Below are positions 21,941-48,903 of a stretch of 64,000 nt of DNA, one piece after another. How positions within the stretch are numbered: the stretch's first letter is position 1; every line of letters begins with the position of its first letter. The notes under the pieces are model-generated. The model was given only the letters and a program-made list of their open reading frames with translations, ran no database searches and was not told the origin of the DNA. Source of the stretch: the human T2T-CHM13v2.0 reference genome, Homo sapiens; the NCBI RefSeq assembly GCF_009914755.1, contig NC_060943.1; one strand, 5' to 3'. The position numbers and the translations under genes were made by a program.

Positions 21941-22546
21941 GCCGCCCCGTCCGGGAGGTGAGGGGCGCCTCTGCCCGGCCGCCCCTACTGGGAAGTGAGG
22001 AGCCCCTCTGCCCCGCCACCACCCCGTCTGGGAGGTGTGCCCAACAGCTCATTGAGAACGGGCCAGGATGACAATCGCGGCTTTGTGGAATAGAAAGGGG
22101 GGAAAGGTGGGGAAAAGATTGAGAAATCGGATGGTTGTCGTGTCTGTGTAGAAAGAAGTAGACATGGGAGACTTTTCATTTTGTTCTATACTAAGAAAAA
22201 TTCTTCTGCCTTGGGATCCTGTTGATCTGTGACCTTACCCCCAACCCTGTGCTCTCTGAAACATGTGCTGTGTCCACTCAGGGTTAAATGGATTAAGGGC
22301 GGTGCAAGATGTGCTTTGTTAAACAGATGCTTGAAGGCAGCATGCTCGTTAAGACTCGTCACCACTCCCTAATCTCAAGTTCCCAGGGACACAAACACTG
22401 CGGAAGGCCGCAGGGTCCTCTGCCTAGGAAAACCAGAGACCTTTGTTCACTTGTTTATCTGCTGACCTTCCCTCCACTATTGTCCTATGACCCTGCCAAA
22501 TCCCCCTCTGTGAGAAACACCCAAGAATGATCAATAAAAAATAAAT

Positions 22547-22573
<27 letters not shown>
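21941..22573 (+). mobile_element. 5'-truncated SVA retrotransposon (end of VNTR + SINE-R + poly(A)) inserted in an antisense Alu
   Basis: VNTR text GCCGCCCCGTCCGGGAGGTGAGGGGCGCCTCTGCCCGG; SINE-R ending GAGAAACACCCAAGAATGATCAATAAA; A-tail; TSD AAAAACTCCTGGCCTCA at 21924-21940 and 22574-22590; TT/AAAA target site. Confidence 0.96.
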
Positions 22574-22578
<5 letters not shown>

Positions 22579-22639
22579 CTCCTGGCCTCAAGCGATCCTC
22601 CTAACTCAGCCTCCCAAAGTGCTGGGATTACAGGGGTAG

Positions 22640-22999
<360 letters not shown>

Positions 23000-23342
23000 T
23001 GATCCACCCACCTTGACTTCCCAAAGTGCTGGGATTACAGGTGTGAGCCACCGTGCACGGCCAATTTTCTGTTATTTTGATCATTGCCATCCTAATGAGT
23101 GTGAGGTGGTGAGACTCCCATCTTGATTCTTGGCATTTAAGGAGCAAGACTGGCCTTTAAGTGTTATTTAAGCTTTTGAGACAGGTGGTTGAGGCCAGGC
23201 AGGGAGGGTTCAAAGTGGGGAAAGCCATTGCCTGTCTCCAGGAGCATTTCACACCTGAGTTGTAGGTCCAGGAGCTGCTGTGGGTTGATGGCCAGGCTTT
23301 GAAAGGAACATGTGATAGGGAACAATTTATTTATGTACTTAA

Positions 23343-23522
<180 letters not shown>

Positions 23523-24137
23523 TGAGATGGAGTCTCGCTCTGTTGCCCAGGCTGGAGTGCAGTGGCATGACCTCGGCTCACTGCAAGTTCCGCCTCCCAG
23601 GTTCATGCCATTCTCCTGCCTCAGCCTCCTGAGTAGCTGGGACCACAGGTGCCTGCCATCACGCCCGGCTAATTTTTTGTATTTTTAGTAGAAACGGGGT
23701 TTCACCATGTTAGCCAGGATGATCTTGATCTCCTGACCTCGTGATCTGTCCGCCTCGGCCTCCCAAAGTGCTGGGATTACAGGCGTGAGCCACTGTGCCC
23801 AGCCTAAAATTTTTAGTAGAGACCTTTCAGCATGTTGCCCAGGCTGGTCTCGAACTCCTGGGCTCAAGTGATCTGCCTGCTTAGTCTTCCTAAAGTGCTA
23901 GGATTATAGCTGTGAGCCACTGCGCCCAGCTTCATTTATTAAAAAAAAAAAAGTTTTGCTCCCTGTGTTGCCCAGACTGGTCTTGAACTCGTCGCCTGAA
24001 GTGATCTTCCTGAATTGGCTTCTCAAAGTGTTGGGATTATAGGCATGAGTCACTGCAACTGGCTGATGCCTTTCTGCATGCTGCTTTTGGCTTCTCAAGC
24101 TTGTGATGGTACAGAATGTCTCTCTTTCATTCATTCA

Positions 24138-24801
<664 letters not shown>

Positions 24802-25584
24802 TCAGCACTGCACTTCAAATTCATTCTTCCATTACTGACATGTGAATGAAGAGATGGGCAATCTCTGGTTCTTCCGTTACTGACATGTGAGTGGAGAGAT
24901 GGGCAAGAAACCAATAACTAAACATTGGTATCAGGTTCATAACTGCTGTGAATAAAAACAAGGCAGGGCCGGGCACGGTGGCTCACGCCGCTAATCCCAG
25001 CACTTTGGGAGGACAAGGAGGGTGGATCACTTGAGGTCAGGAATTCGAGACCAGCCTGGCCAACGTGGCATAAACCTGTCTCTACTAAAAATACAAAAAT
25101 TAGCCAGGCGTGGGGGCGTGTGCCTGAAATCCCAGCTACTCGGGAGACTGAGGCAGGAGAATCACTGAGGAGTTCAGCTTTTTTTTCTTTTTAGAGACAG
25201 GTCTTGCTCTGTTGCCCAGGGTGGAATGTAGTGGTGAGGTCATAGCTCACTGCAGCCTTGATCTCCCGGGCTCAAGAGATCCTCTAGCCTGAGCCTCCTG
25301 AGTAGCTGGGAATACCGGCATCTGCCACCATGCCTGGCTAATTTTTAAATTTTTTTGCCGAGATGGGGTCTCACCCTGTTGCCCAGGCTAGGAGTTCAGC
25401 TTTTACCCTGAGTGAGATGGGAGCCAGGGAGGGTTCTGGGCTGTGATGGGATGTTTGTAAGAGGATGTTTAGCACAGTCTCTGGGATATTGTGACCATAC
25501 TAGACGGTAGCCATGGTAACCGTGATTTCTGATGTTTTTATTATTTGAAAGGGACTCTCCAAGTATTTCTTCTCCTCTCTATAG

Positions 25585-25737
25585 CTAAAGTGCTGTGGGG
25601 TGAATAACTACACAGATTTTTCTGGCTCTTCCTTCGAAATGACAACGGGCCACACCTACCCCAGGAGTTGCTGTAAATCCATCGGAAGTGTGTCCTGTGA
25701 CGGACGCGATGTGTCTCCAAACGTCATCCACCAGAAG
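25585..25737 (+). CDS. TSPAN16: Tetraspanin-16 coding exon 5 (LKCCGVNNYTDF...YPRSCC...VSCDG...HQK)
   Basis: TAG acceptor after a pyrimidine tract, AAG|GTAACT donor, 51 codons; CCG and PxSCC motifs and an NYT sequon. Confidence 0.96.
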
Positions 25738-25815
25738 GTAACTGGAGATTTTGTGTGTTGCCTTGACAGACCCCTGAGGGCTGGTGACTTCATTTTTATT
25801 TTTATCTTATTTTGA

Positions 25816-25974
<159 letters not shown>

Positions 25975-26107
25975 TAGTAGAGATGGGGTTTCACCATGTT
26001 GGCCAGGCTGGTCTCGAACCTCAGGTGATCCACCCACCTTGGCCTCCCAAAGTGCTGGGATTACAGGCATGAGCTACTGTACCCAGCCTTTTTATTTATT
26101 TATTTAG

Positions 26108-26574
<467 letters not shown>

Positions 26575-26607
26575 TAATTTTTATTTTTAATAGAGATGAG
26601 GCCTTAG

Positions 26608-26784
<177 letters not shown>

Positions 26785-27200
26785 TGAGTGTTCAGCTTAT
26801 TTTGACAACACAGAGCAGGGACTTACGGTTACCTTCTCTCAGAAACTGAGGCTCGGGGAGGGGACATCACTAGTTCAAGATCACAGAGCTTTGGCAGAGT
26901 TGGAATTTGAAGCCCCATTGGCCTGAGTCCATTGCCGGCACCACACTACCTGCCTTCTAGAGACCCTAAATGGAGCAATAACCATGAAAAGTGATCATCC
27001 TAGCGGGAGTGAGGGCCAGCCACGTGATGGAGCACTCACTTTGTGAGTTTTGTCCCATCCTATCCCTTGAGGTGGGGAACTACTCTTCTCTCATTTTGCA
27101 GATAAGGAAACTGAGGTACAGAGCATTTCCTGTGTCCAGGGAGTAATGAGCTGGGTTTCAAGCCACACCCCAGTTCCCCCTTAACTTCTTCCACGAGTGA

Positions 27201-27756
<556 letters not shown>

Positions 27757-27937
27757 CTAATTTTTGCATTTTTAGTAGAAACGGGGTTTTACCATGTTGG
27801 TCAGGCTGGTCTTGAACTCCTGACCTCAGGTGATCCTCCCACCTCAGCCTCCCAAAGTGCTAGGATTACAGGCATGAGCCACCCTGCCTGGCTAAAAAAC
27901 ATTTTTTATATTAGCTGAGTGTGGTGACACATGCCTA

Positions 27938-28243
<306 letters not shown>

Positions 28244-29308
28244 TCATTTGCACTGAATGGCTCATGCAGGGAAATAGGCCCTGTGGAAAATCAGCCAGGT
28301 TGAGTCCTAGGCAGGGGCCTCAGAGACAGACACGGGCCAGACACTGGCCCACTGGGCCCTACACAACCTACCTGTCACCTCCTAACCTTTCCCCCTTGCT
28401 CACTCTGTTCCAGCACACTGGCCTCCTCGCTACTGCTCAGAAACACCAGGCACATGCCTGCCTCACCGCCTTTGCACAGGCTTTCCCTCTGCCTGGAGTG
28501 CTCTTCCTTCACGTCTTCCTACCTCTCAAGTCTTTACTCAACTGGCACTTTCTCCGTGAGGCTGTTCTGACTTCCCATCTATAAAAGTATCCCTCATCCC
28601 AGTGATCATGCTCTGTCTTCATACCCTGTTTCTGTGTCTTTCCAGCATTTATCACCACTTTACAGTATTATCACTATGCTTGCCGTTAGCTGTTCTCCCC
28701 ACTCAAATGTCAGCCCCATGAGGGCAGGAATTTTGTCTGTTTTATACATTGCTGGGTTGCCACTGTCCAATTCAGTGCCAGGCACTTAAATACCTATTAT
28801 GTGGCCAAGTGTGATGGCTCATGCCTGTAATCCCAGTACTTTAGGAGGCCAAGGCAGGAGGATCACTTGAGGACAGGAGTTCAAGACCAGCCTGAACAAC
28901 ATAGCAAGACCCTCATCTTCAGGAAAAATTTACAGATTAACTGGGTGTGGTGTTGTTGCACACCTGTAATTTCAGCTGCTTGGGAGGCTGACGCAGGAGG
29001 ATTGCTTGAACCCAGGAGTTCAAGGCTGCAGTGAGCTATGGTCATGCCACTGCATCCAGTCTGAGTGACAGGACGAGACCCAATCTAAGAAAAAAAAAAA
29101 CTATTATGTGAAAGGGGGCACGGAACAGTGACAACAGCAAGTTCAATGTGGCCCAAGCCTCCAGAGGTGAGATGTGCCAGGGGCCTAGAAGAGGGAGCTA
29201 CTCTGGAAGTGCAGGAAGAAGGAAGAAGGCCGGGTGTGGTGGCTCACGCCTGTAGTCCCAGCACTTTGGGAGGCTGAGGTGTGTGGATCACCTGAGGTCA
29301 GGAGTTCA

Positions 29309-29497
<189 letters not shown>

Positions 29498-29916
29498 TCA
29501 AAAAAAAAAAAAAAAAAGTGCAGGAAGGAGAGAGGAGGCCCTACCATCTTCAGGAGGATGCCCTGCCAACGCACTTTGCCTGGTATCCTAATATCTCTGA
29601 GCCTCAGTTTCCTCATCTGTAAAATGGAGGAAAGAAGAGTACCCAAATTATGGGGTTATAGTGAGAAATGAGTAAGAAAATATGTGGACGGAGAAGCCAC
29701 TGAATACGTCAGCTCTTCTGTTCATATGTAAAGAGCACTTAAAAATAACTAACAGTTATTGAATGCTGGCTACATGTCAGACCACTGCAATGTATTTCAT
29801 GTAGATTCATTCTTTTATATTTATGTATTTATTTAGAGACGGGTTCTTGCTCTGTCACTCAGGCTGGATGGAGTACAGTGGTGCAAACATGGCTCACTGC
29901 AGCCTTGACCTCCTAG

Positions 29917-30384
<468 letters not shown>

Positions 30385-30545
30385 TGAGATTATAGGCATG
30401 AACCACCACGCCCAGCCTATTTATTTATTTTTGAGACAGGGTATTGCTGTGTCCCCTGGGCTGGAGTGCAGTGGCATGATCATGGCTCACTGAAGCCTCG
30501 ACTGGCTGAGCTCAAGCAATCCTCCTGCCCCAATCTCCCAAGTAG

Positions 30546-30737
<192 letters not shown>

Positions 30738-31122
30738 TAAGGCAGATCCAGTGGGTGCCATTTATAGATGGGAAAATGGAGGTACAGAGAGGTATAGCGA
30801 CTTCTCCAAGGTCACACAGCTAGTAATAATCGAGGATGTCCAACCACACTTAATTGCCACACTGGAACATTAGCACAGACAAGTAGAAGGGAATCATCGG
30901 TATATTCTTTTGGGGGAATGAGGAGGACAGGGAAGATGCTAGGGTGGCGGGGAGCGGGTGGCAGTCAAATGAGATGGAGGGAAGGCCCTCACGGCTCTCT
31001 CCCCGCTTCTCCTCAAAGAATCTGAGAGTCGTCTGAGTGGCCTAATGAGTTGGGGTTGATGGGGACTTGCAATCCATAAGCCCCTAACCACCTCCTGCTT
31101 GTTTTGGTGTTTGTTTCCTCAG

Positions 31123-31206
31123 GGCTGTTTCCATAAACTCCTAAAAATCACCAAGACTCAGAGCTTCACCCTGAGTGGGAGCTCTCTGGGAGCTGCAGTG
31201 ATACAG
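31123..31206 (+). CDS. TSPAN16: Tetraspanin-16 coding exon 6 (GCFHKLLKITKTQSFTLSGSSLGAAVIQ)
   Basis: TTTCCTCAG acceptor, CAG|GTAAGA donor, 28 codons; terminal GC of the large loop and first half of TM4. Confidence 0.95.
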
Positions 31207-31304
31207 GTAAGACCCAGCCTCTCTAGGGTCTTTGAGCTGTTTTATTAAGCACCTACTGTATGCCAAACACTGTTCTGGTCACTGGGACACAGGAGTGAAC
31301 AAAA

Positions 31305-33355
<2,051 letters not shown>

Positions 33356-33559
33356 AAGTGCTCCATGCCCCTGGTTGCCCAAGAAATTTTTCCTACATGC
33401 TTTCTGCACATTGACTACCAACATAGTAGTGTCTTTTCTGCAAATCGCCACTAACTGAGACAAGGCTCTATCTTACCAGTCTGGGATATTTATTTCTTTG
33501 GGGTAATTTTTTTCATTGTACAAATTTATAATATTGAATATGTACTTGTAAACTATACA

Positions 33560-34275
<716 letters not shown>

Positions 34276-34774
34276 TCACGCCTGTAATCCCAGCACTGTG
34301 GGAGGCCGAGGTGGGCAGGTCACGAGGTCAGGAGATCGAGACGATCCTGGCTAACACAATAAAACCCCGTCTCTACTAAAATACAAAAAAATTAGCCAGG
34401 CGTGGTGGCGGCCGCCTGTAGTCCCAGCTACTCGGGAGGCTGAGGCAGGAGAATGGCGTGAACCTGGGAGGCGGAGCTTGTAGTGAGCCAAGATCCGCCA
34501 CTGCACTCCAGCCTGGGCGACAGAGGGAGACTTCATCTCAAAAATAAATAAATAAATAAATAAATAAAATAATAATAAATAAAAAATAAGTGGAGACGAA
34601 TGCACTGTAACCACAGTGGCTCCAACTTAGCCCAGGCGGTTCTTCAGCCATCTGTAAAACCCTGCCCCTCGCCTTTCTGGAACAGGATGCTCCCCTTGTC
34701 CCCGTAACTCCAGTATGATTCTGGTTTGGAGGTCTCTAGCATTGGATCCATGTTTCTTTCTTCACGCATTTCAG

Positions 34775-34822
34775 TTGCCAGGAATTCTTGCCACTTTGCT
34801 GCTGTTTATCAAGCTGGGCTGA
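34775..34822 (+). CDS. TSPAN16: Tetraspanin-16 proximal last exon (LPGILATLLLFIKLG*), completes TM4; 244-aa isoform
   Basis: Acceptor TTTCTTTCTTCACGCATTTCAG, phase 0, hydrophobic peptide, TGA at 34820-34822, AATAAA ~110 nt downstream. Confidence 0.85.
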   Translation: MPGILATLLLFIKLG

Positions 34823-34929
34823 CACCCAGGCCTGGAGAAGATGAGACACCTGGGCCCATCTGGCTGCTGGAGATTCAGTCTCAGTTTTATTTCTCTGTGG
34901 CACTCACTGCTTCTGGAGGGGAGACTGTT

Positions 34930-34935
34930 AATAAA
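34930..34935 (+). terminator. TSPAN16: Poly(A) signal of the TSPAN16 proximal last exon
   Basis: AATAAA in unique sequence followed by U-rich downstream sequence. Confidence 0.8.
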
Positions 34936-35016
34936 AGATTTGGGAACCCCCTGTCCAGCCTGACTTCTTTCTCCTTACTTTCATTTTTGGCAATGATTTT
35001 ACCTCAAAATGCCTGA

Positions 35017-35410
<394 letters not shown>

Positions 35411-36497
35411 TAAATTATTCTGTGAAAAATCTAGAACTTTCACAAAAGCCAAGAACATCCATCCAGAGAAACATACACATCACCCAGGTTCAACAATGCA
35501 AAGATTGACATATTTGCTTTATCAATCCCCTTTTTACCCTTGATAAAGTATTTTTTCTTTTTTAAATTGACAAGTCATAATTATATATATTTATAGGGTA
35601 CAATGTGATGTTTTGATATATGCATACAATGTGGAATGATTAAATCAAGCTAATGAACATATCTATAGGCTCACTTATCATTTTTTTGTGGTGATACATC
35701 TGTGATCCCAGCACTTTGGGAGACTGAGGTAGGAGGATCGCTTGAGCCCAGGAGTTTGAGACCAGCCTGGGCAACATAGCAAGACCCCCCCCGCCTTTTT
35801 TTTTTTTTTTTAAGATGGAGTCTTGTTCTGTCACCCAGGCTGGAGTGCAGTGGTGTGATCTCGGCTTATTGCAACCTTCCCACATTCTGGGTTCAAGCAA
35901 TTCTCCTGCTCAGGCTCCCATGTAGCTGGGATTACAGGCGCCTGCCACCACGCCTGGCTAATTTTTTGTATTGTTAGTAGACATGGAGTTTCACCAGGCT
36001 GGTCTCAAACTCCTGCCCTCAAGTGATCCGCCTGCCTCGGCCTCCCAAAGCGCTGGGATTACAGGTGTGAGCCACTGTGCCTGGCCTGACTCCATCTCTA
36101 CAAGACAACAACATCAACAAAACCCTCCAAAAAACAAACCTCAGACAATGTCATTTCTTCCCTTTATATTTCAGTACACATCTCTAACGATATGTTCATT
36201 TGCGTTCACAACCATAACACCGTTATCACATCTAGGATAATTAACATTGCTTGTTTGGCATCCCTTAATACCTAGGCCATTGTTGAGTCTTCCTAATTGG
36301 CTCAAAACTTTTTTAAAGGGACAGGGCCTCACTCTATCACCCATGCTGGAGTGCAGAGATGTGATTGTTGCTCAGGGTAACCTCTAACTCCTGGGCTCAA
36401 GGGAGTCTCCCATGTCAACTTTCTAAGTACATGGGACTACAGGCATGCGCCACCACACCCAGCTAATTTTTTTTCTTTTTTCTTTTTTCTTTTTTGA

Positions 36498-36749
<252 letters not shown>

Positions 36750-36926
36750 TGAGCTGAGATCATGTCATTGCACTCCAGCCTGGGCGACAGAGCAATACAC
36801 TGTCTCAAAAAAAAAAAAAAGTGTGAAATGCTTGGGGAGTGCCAGATGTTCTGGGCTTACTGCTTTCTTTGTGGTTTTGGTTATTTACCCTGTTCCTCTT
36901 GTCCACATATTTCCTGAAAAGCATGA

Positions 36927-37245
<319 letters not shown>

Positions 37246-37582
37246 TGATCCGCCCCCCTAGGCCTCCCAAAGTGCTGGGATTACAGGTGTGAGCCACCAC
37301 ACCCAGCCTAATTTTTTGTATTTTTAGTAGAGACGGGGTTTCACTTTGTTAGCCAGGATGGTCTGGATCTCCTGACCTCGTGATCTGCCCGCCTCAGCCT
37401 CCCAAAGTGCTGCAATTACAGGCGTGAGCCACTGCGCCCGGCCAGATCCTGATCTTCTAATTTAATTGAACTGGGCTGTGACGTGGGTCTGGGGATGATC
37501 CTAGTGGTTTTTAAGATATAGTCATGGTCACAGCTGAGCATCAATGAACTCAGGGGTTCATTCAATGACCATAGCATCCTGA

Positions 37583-39030
<1,448 letters not shown>

Positions 39031-39124
39031 TGACCTCGTGACCTGCCCGCCTCCGCCTCCCAAGGTGCTGGGATTACAGGCCTGAGCCACTACGCCCGGC
39101 CAGGACTTTTTTTTTTTTTTTTGA

Positions 39125-39478
<354 letters not shown>

Positions 39479-39801
39479 TAGCAAGATCCCATCTCTCAAT
39501 CACTCAATCAGCTGGATGTGGTGGTGCTTGCTTGTAGTTCCAGAAACTCAGGAGGCTGAAGTGGGAGGATCCTTTGAGTCCAGGAGTTCGAGGCTGCAGT
39601 GAGCCATGATTGTGCCACTGCACTCCAGCCAGGGCCATACGGCAAGACCTTGTCTCCAAAAAAAAAAAAAAGAAAAGAAAAGAAAAAGAAAAAAGAAATG
39701 CTGGGGAGGGAGATTGCAGTACTAAATCAGGGGAGGGGGCAGTGAGAAAGTGAGATTTGCACAGTAGCCCAAAAGAGGAAGTTCAGTTAGGGGAGCTTTG
39801 T

Positions 39802-40503
<702 letters not shown>

Positions 40504-41049
40504 ACTGTGACTACCTTGGGTAAGGGCCATCCAGGCAGAGGCAGGGGGAACATTCTGGGCAAAGGCCTTGGGGCAGGGGCCTGGTATGTTCAGATAGCAG
40601 CAAGTAGGCCAGAGTGGCCGGAGGGGAGCAAGTGTGGGGAGGCCAGTGGAGAGATGAGGGTAGGGAAGGGATGGATCAGATCATGCAGGGCCCCGGGGGC
40701 CACAGGAAGGACCTCAGCATTTACTGCAAGTAAGGTGGGAGCCATCGAATGTTCTAAGCAGAGGAGGAATGCGCTGTGACTCAGGTGTTCACAGGTGCCC
40801 TCTTGCTGCTGGGGAGAGAACTGAGCTTTTTACTAGAAGTAGTTGAGGGAAATAGTGTCCTCCCTACCTTCCATATAACAGAGCTTTCCAAGGTCAAGGT
40901 GGTGGCCATGGGACCCAGTGGGAGGCAGCCCGAGGCCCGGTGAGGTTTCTGCTGTGTCTTGAAGAGCCCTTGACTGATATCTGCTTAGTTGCAAATCAAA
41001 CCCCCTTTCCCAGAAACGCACTTCACTAATGGAAATAAAAGCACAACTA

Positions 41050-44381
<3,332 letters not shown>

Positions 44382-44569
44382 CTAGCAGCTGCAGCTGCTG
44401 GGCTGGGGGGCTGGAGCATCCCCCACGGCCGGGCCTTTCCCGTTGCTGCCTGAGCTGGAGCTGGGTTCCAGGGACTCGTTCATCTTCTCGCAGATGACAT
44501 CCACCAGGCGCTCGAAGACCTGCTTCACATTGATGTTCTCCTTGGCACTGGCTTCAAAGAACTCGAAAC
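44382..44569 (-). CDS. RAB3D: RAB3D last coding exon (FEFFEASAKEN...SSCSC*)
   Basis: CCAG acceptor; G5 motif EASAK; C-terminal CXC prenylation motif; TAG. Exon lengths 228+119+125+188 = 660 nt = 219 aa + stop. Confidence 0.97.
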
Positions 44570-45004
44570 CTGGATGAATGTTAAGGTGGGGACACTCGTA
44601 AGACCCCTGAGGGGCAGAGTCTCAGCTGTGGCATCACAGAAACCTGGCTTCTAAGCCTAGTTCTGCTCTTTATCCTGCTGTGGGACCTTGGTTGTGTGCC
44701 TTTGCCACTCCAAGCCTCAGTTTGCTCACCTGTAAAATGGGAATGATGATCCTACCAATGATAAAAATCTGTGGCAGGCCAGGCGCAGGGGCTTATGCCT
44801 GTAATCCTGGCACTAAAGGAAGCTACGGCGGGAGGATCGCTTGAGGCCAGGAGTTCAAGACCAGCCTGGGCAACATAGCAAGGCCCTATCTCTACAATAA
44901 ATTTTTTTAAAAAGTAGATGGGCGGCCAGGTGAGGAGGCTCATGCCTATAATCCCAGCACTTTGGGAGGCCGAGGCGGGAGGATCATTTGAGGTCAGGAG
45001 TTCA

Positions 45005-45199
<195 letters not shown>

Positions 45200-45778
45200 C
45201 TATTAAAAAAAAAAAAATAGAGGGGCATGGTGGCGTTCACCTGCAGTCTCAGCTACTCGGAAGGTTAAGGCAGGAGAATGGTTTGAGCCCAGGAGGTCAA
45301 GGCAGCAGTGAGCCATGATCACACCACTGCACACCAGCCTGGGTGATGGAGCAAGACCCTGTCTCAAAAACAAAACAAAACGAAACCCTGCGGCTGCAGC
45401 CATGGTCTGGACAATCCTAAGATCTCTTTGTCACAAGGCAGTGGCTGCAAGAGTATAGGTGGGAGGGTACATGAAGAGTTCTGCTGCCCTGCGGCCATGG
45501 CAGTGCCCACAGGTGGCTATAGCTCAGCTTCCACCCAATTTCTGCTGCACAGAAAGGCATGGTCAGGAGACCCATCAAGTCACATTTTCCATTGCTTTTT
45601 TTAAAAGAGAAACGGTCTCTCTCTATTGCCCAGGCCGGGGTGTAGTGGTATGAACATGGCTCATTGCAGCCTCAACCTCCTGGGCTCAAGCGATCCTCCC
45701 GCCTTGGCCCCCTGAGTAGCTGGGGCTACAGGTGTGCCCCACCATGCCCGGCTAATTTTTCAATTTTTTCTTTTGTAG

Positions 45779-45829
45779 AGGTGGGGGTCTCGCTATGTTG
45801 CGCAGGCTGGTCTTGAACTGCTGGCCTAA
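45779..45829 (+). CDS. TSPAN16: TSPAN16 alternative distal exon exonised from an antisense Alu ([16 protein letters not shown]); 245-aa isoform
   Basis: Alu-linker acceptor TTTTTTCTTTTGTAG, phase 0, TAA. The peptide matches my recollection of the reference TSPAN16 C-terminus (not verifiable here). It lies in RAB3D intron 4 on the opposite strand. Confidence 0.75.
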   Translation, partial: RWGSRYVAQAGLELLA

Positions 45830-46402
45830 AGCGATCCCCCCGCCTAGGCCTCCCAAAGTGCTGGGTTTACCAGCGTGAGCCACCACGCTGGGCTTCCTGC
45901 ATCCTTTTAAGGTTCCTGAGGGTCTGCCTGAGAGGAGCTGTCCCTGAATCTCCATGCAGCCCCACCTGCCACATCACCAAGGTAAGCCAGGAATTCAGAC
46001 AAACGCCTGCCACGTTACACGTGGCCAAGGGTAAGTGGACCTGTCTTCTCTGTGCGTCATGCTGAACTATGAAAATGGAATCATAATGAGTTAGCTGTGT
46101 AATTACCCATTTATTATCTGTCTCCGCTACTAGAAAGCCAGCTCCAGGCAGGCAGGATTTCCGCCCATGGCTGTACCCAGTGCCCGACACAGAGAGGGTG
46201 CTTAGAAACTGTCTGCTGAATGGTTGAATGAATGAATGGGTAAATGAACAATAGCAGGGGCAGGACATGAACTTAGATCTCCTACTGTCAGCCCAGAGAT
46301 ATCAAAGCCATCCCACTGTCTTCCTGGGCAAATCTGGTGTTTCCTTATCCACGCGTGGCTTTGCCTCATACCATCTGTGTTCTTTATTTTTCTTTTTGTT
46401 GA

Positions 46403-46723
<321 letters not shown>

Positions 46724-47208
46724 TAATCCCAACTACTCAGGAGGCCAAGGCAGGAGAATCACTTGAACCCAAGAGTTCAAGACCAGCCTGGGTAACATAG
46801 GGAGACCCTGTCTCTAAAACAAATAAAAATTTTAAAAAGGAAAAAAAATACATTTTTTGGATGTCATTCAATAGAGAAATTTACTGGAGAAACTAGAAAC
46901 TACAGAAAAGTATTAAGACAGCCTATAATCCCAGTACTTTGGGAGACTGAGGCAGGTGGGTACCTGAGCTCACAAGTTTGAGACCAGCCTGGGCAACATA
47001 GCAAGACCCAGTCTCTAAAGAAAATATAAAAATTAAGGCCAGGCATGGTGGTTCACGCCTGTAATACCAGCATTTTGGGAGGCCAAGGTGAGCGGATCAC
47101 TTGAGGTCTGGAGTTTGAGACCAGCCTGGCCAACATGATGAAACCCCGTCTCTACTAAAAATGCAAAAATTAGCTGGCCATGGTGGTGCACACCTGTGAT
47201 CCCAGCTA

Positions 47209-47316
<108 letters not shown>

Positions 47317-47373
47317 TCAAAAAAAAAAAAAAAAAAAAGAAGAAGGTTGGGGGGTGCCAGGCGTGGTGGCTCA

Positions 47374-47872
<499 letters not shown>

Positions 47873-48330
47873 TTACTGTTGGCGTTTTGCTATTTAGCTT
47901 TCTAGTCTTTATTCATCTTTTTTTTTTTTTTTTTAAGACAGAGTCTCCCTCTGTTGCCCAGGCTGGAGTGCAGTGGTATAATCATAACTCACTACGGCCT
48001 TGACTCTTGGGCCCCCCTCAGTCTCCCAAGTAGCTGGGACTATAGGGGTGTGCCACCACACACAGCCGATTTTTGGTATTTTTTATAGGGGTGGGGCTTC
48101 ACCATGTTGCCCATGCTGGTCTCTAACTGCTAGACTCAAGTGATCCTCTGCCTTGACCTCCCAAAGTGCAAGGATTACAGGCATGAGCCACCATGCCCAG
48201 CCTTTAGTCTTTTTCTATATAAATATGTCATTTGTTGGGGTTAGGTTTGTAGGGGATGTGTGTGTGCACATGTATGTGTGTCTGGCTTTTTTTCCTACAA
48301 AATTGGAATCAGGCCAGGCGTGGTGGCTCA

Positions 48331-48903
<573 letters not shown>

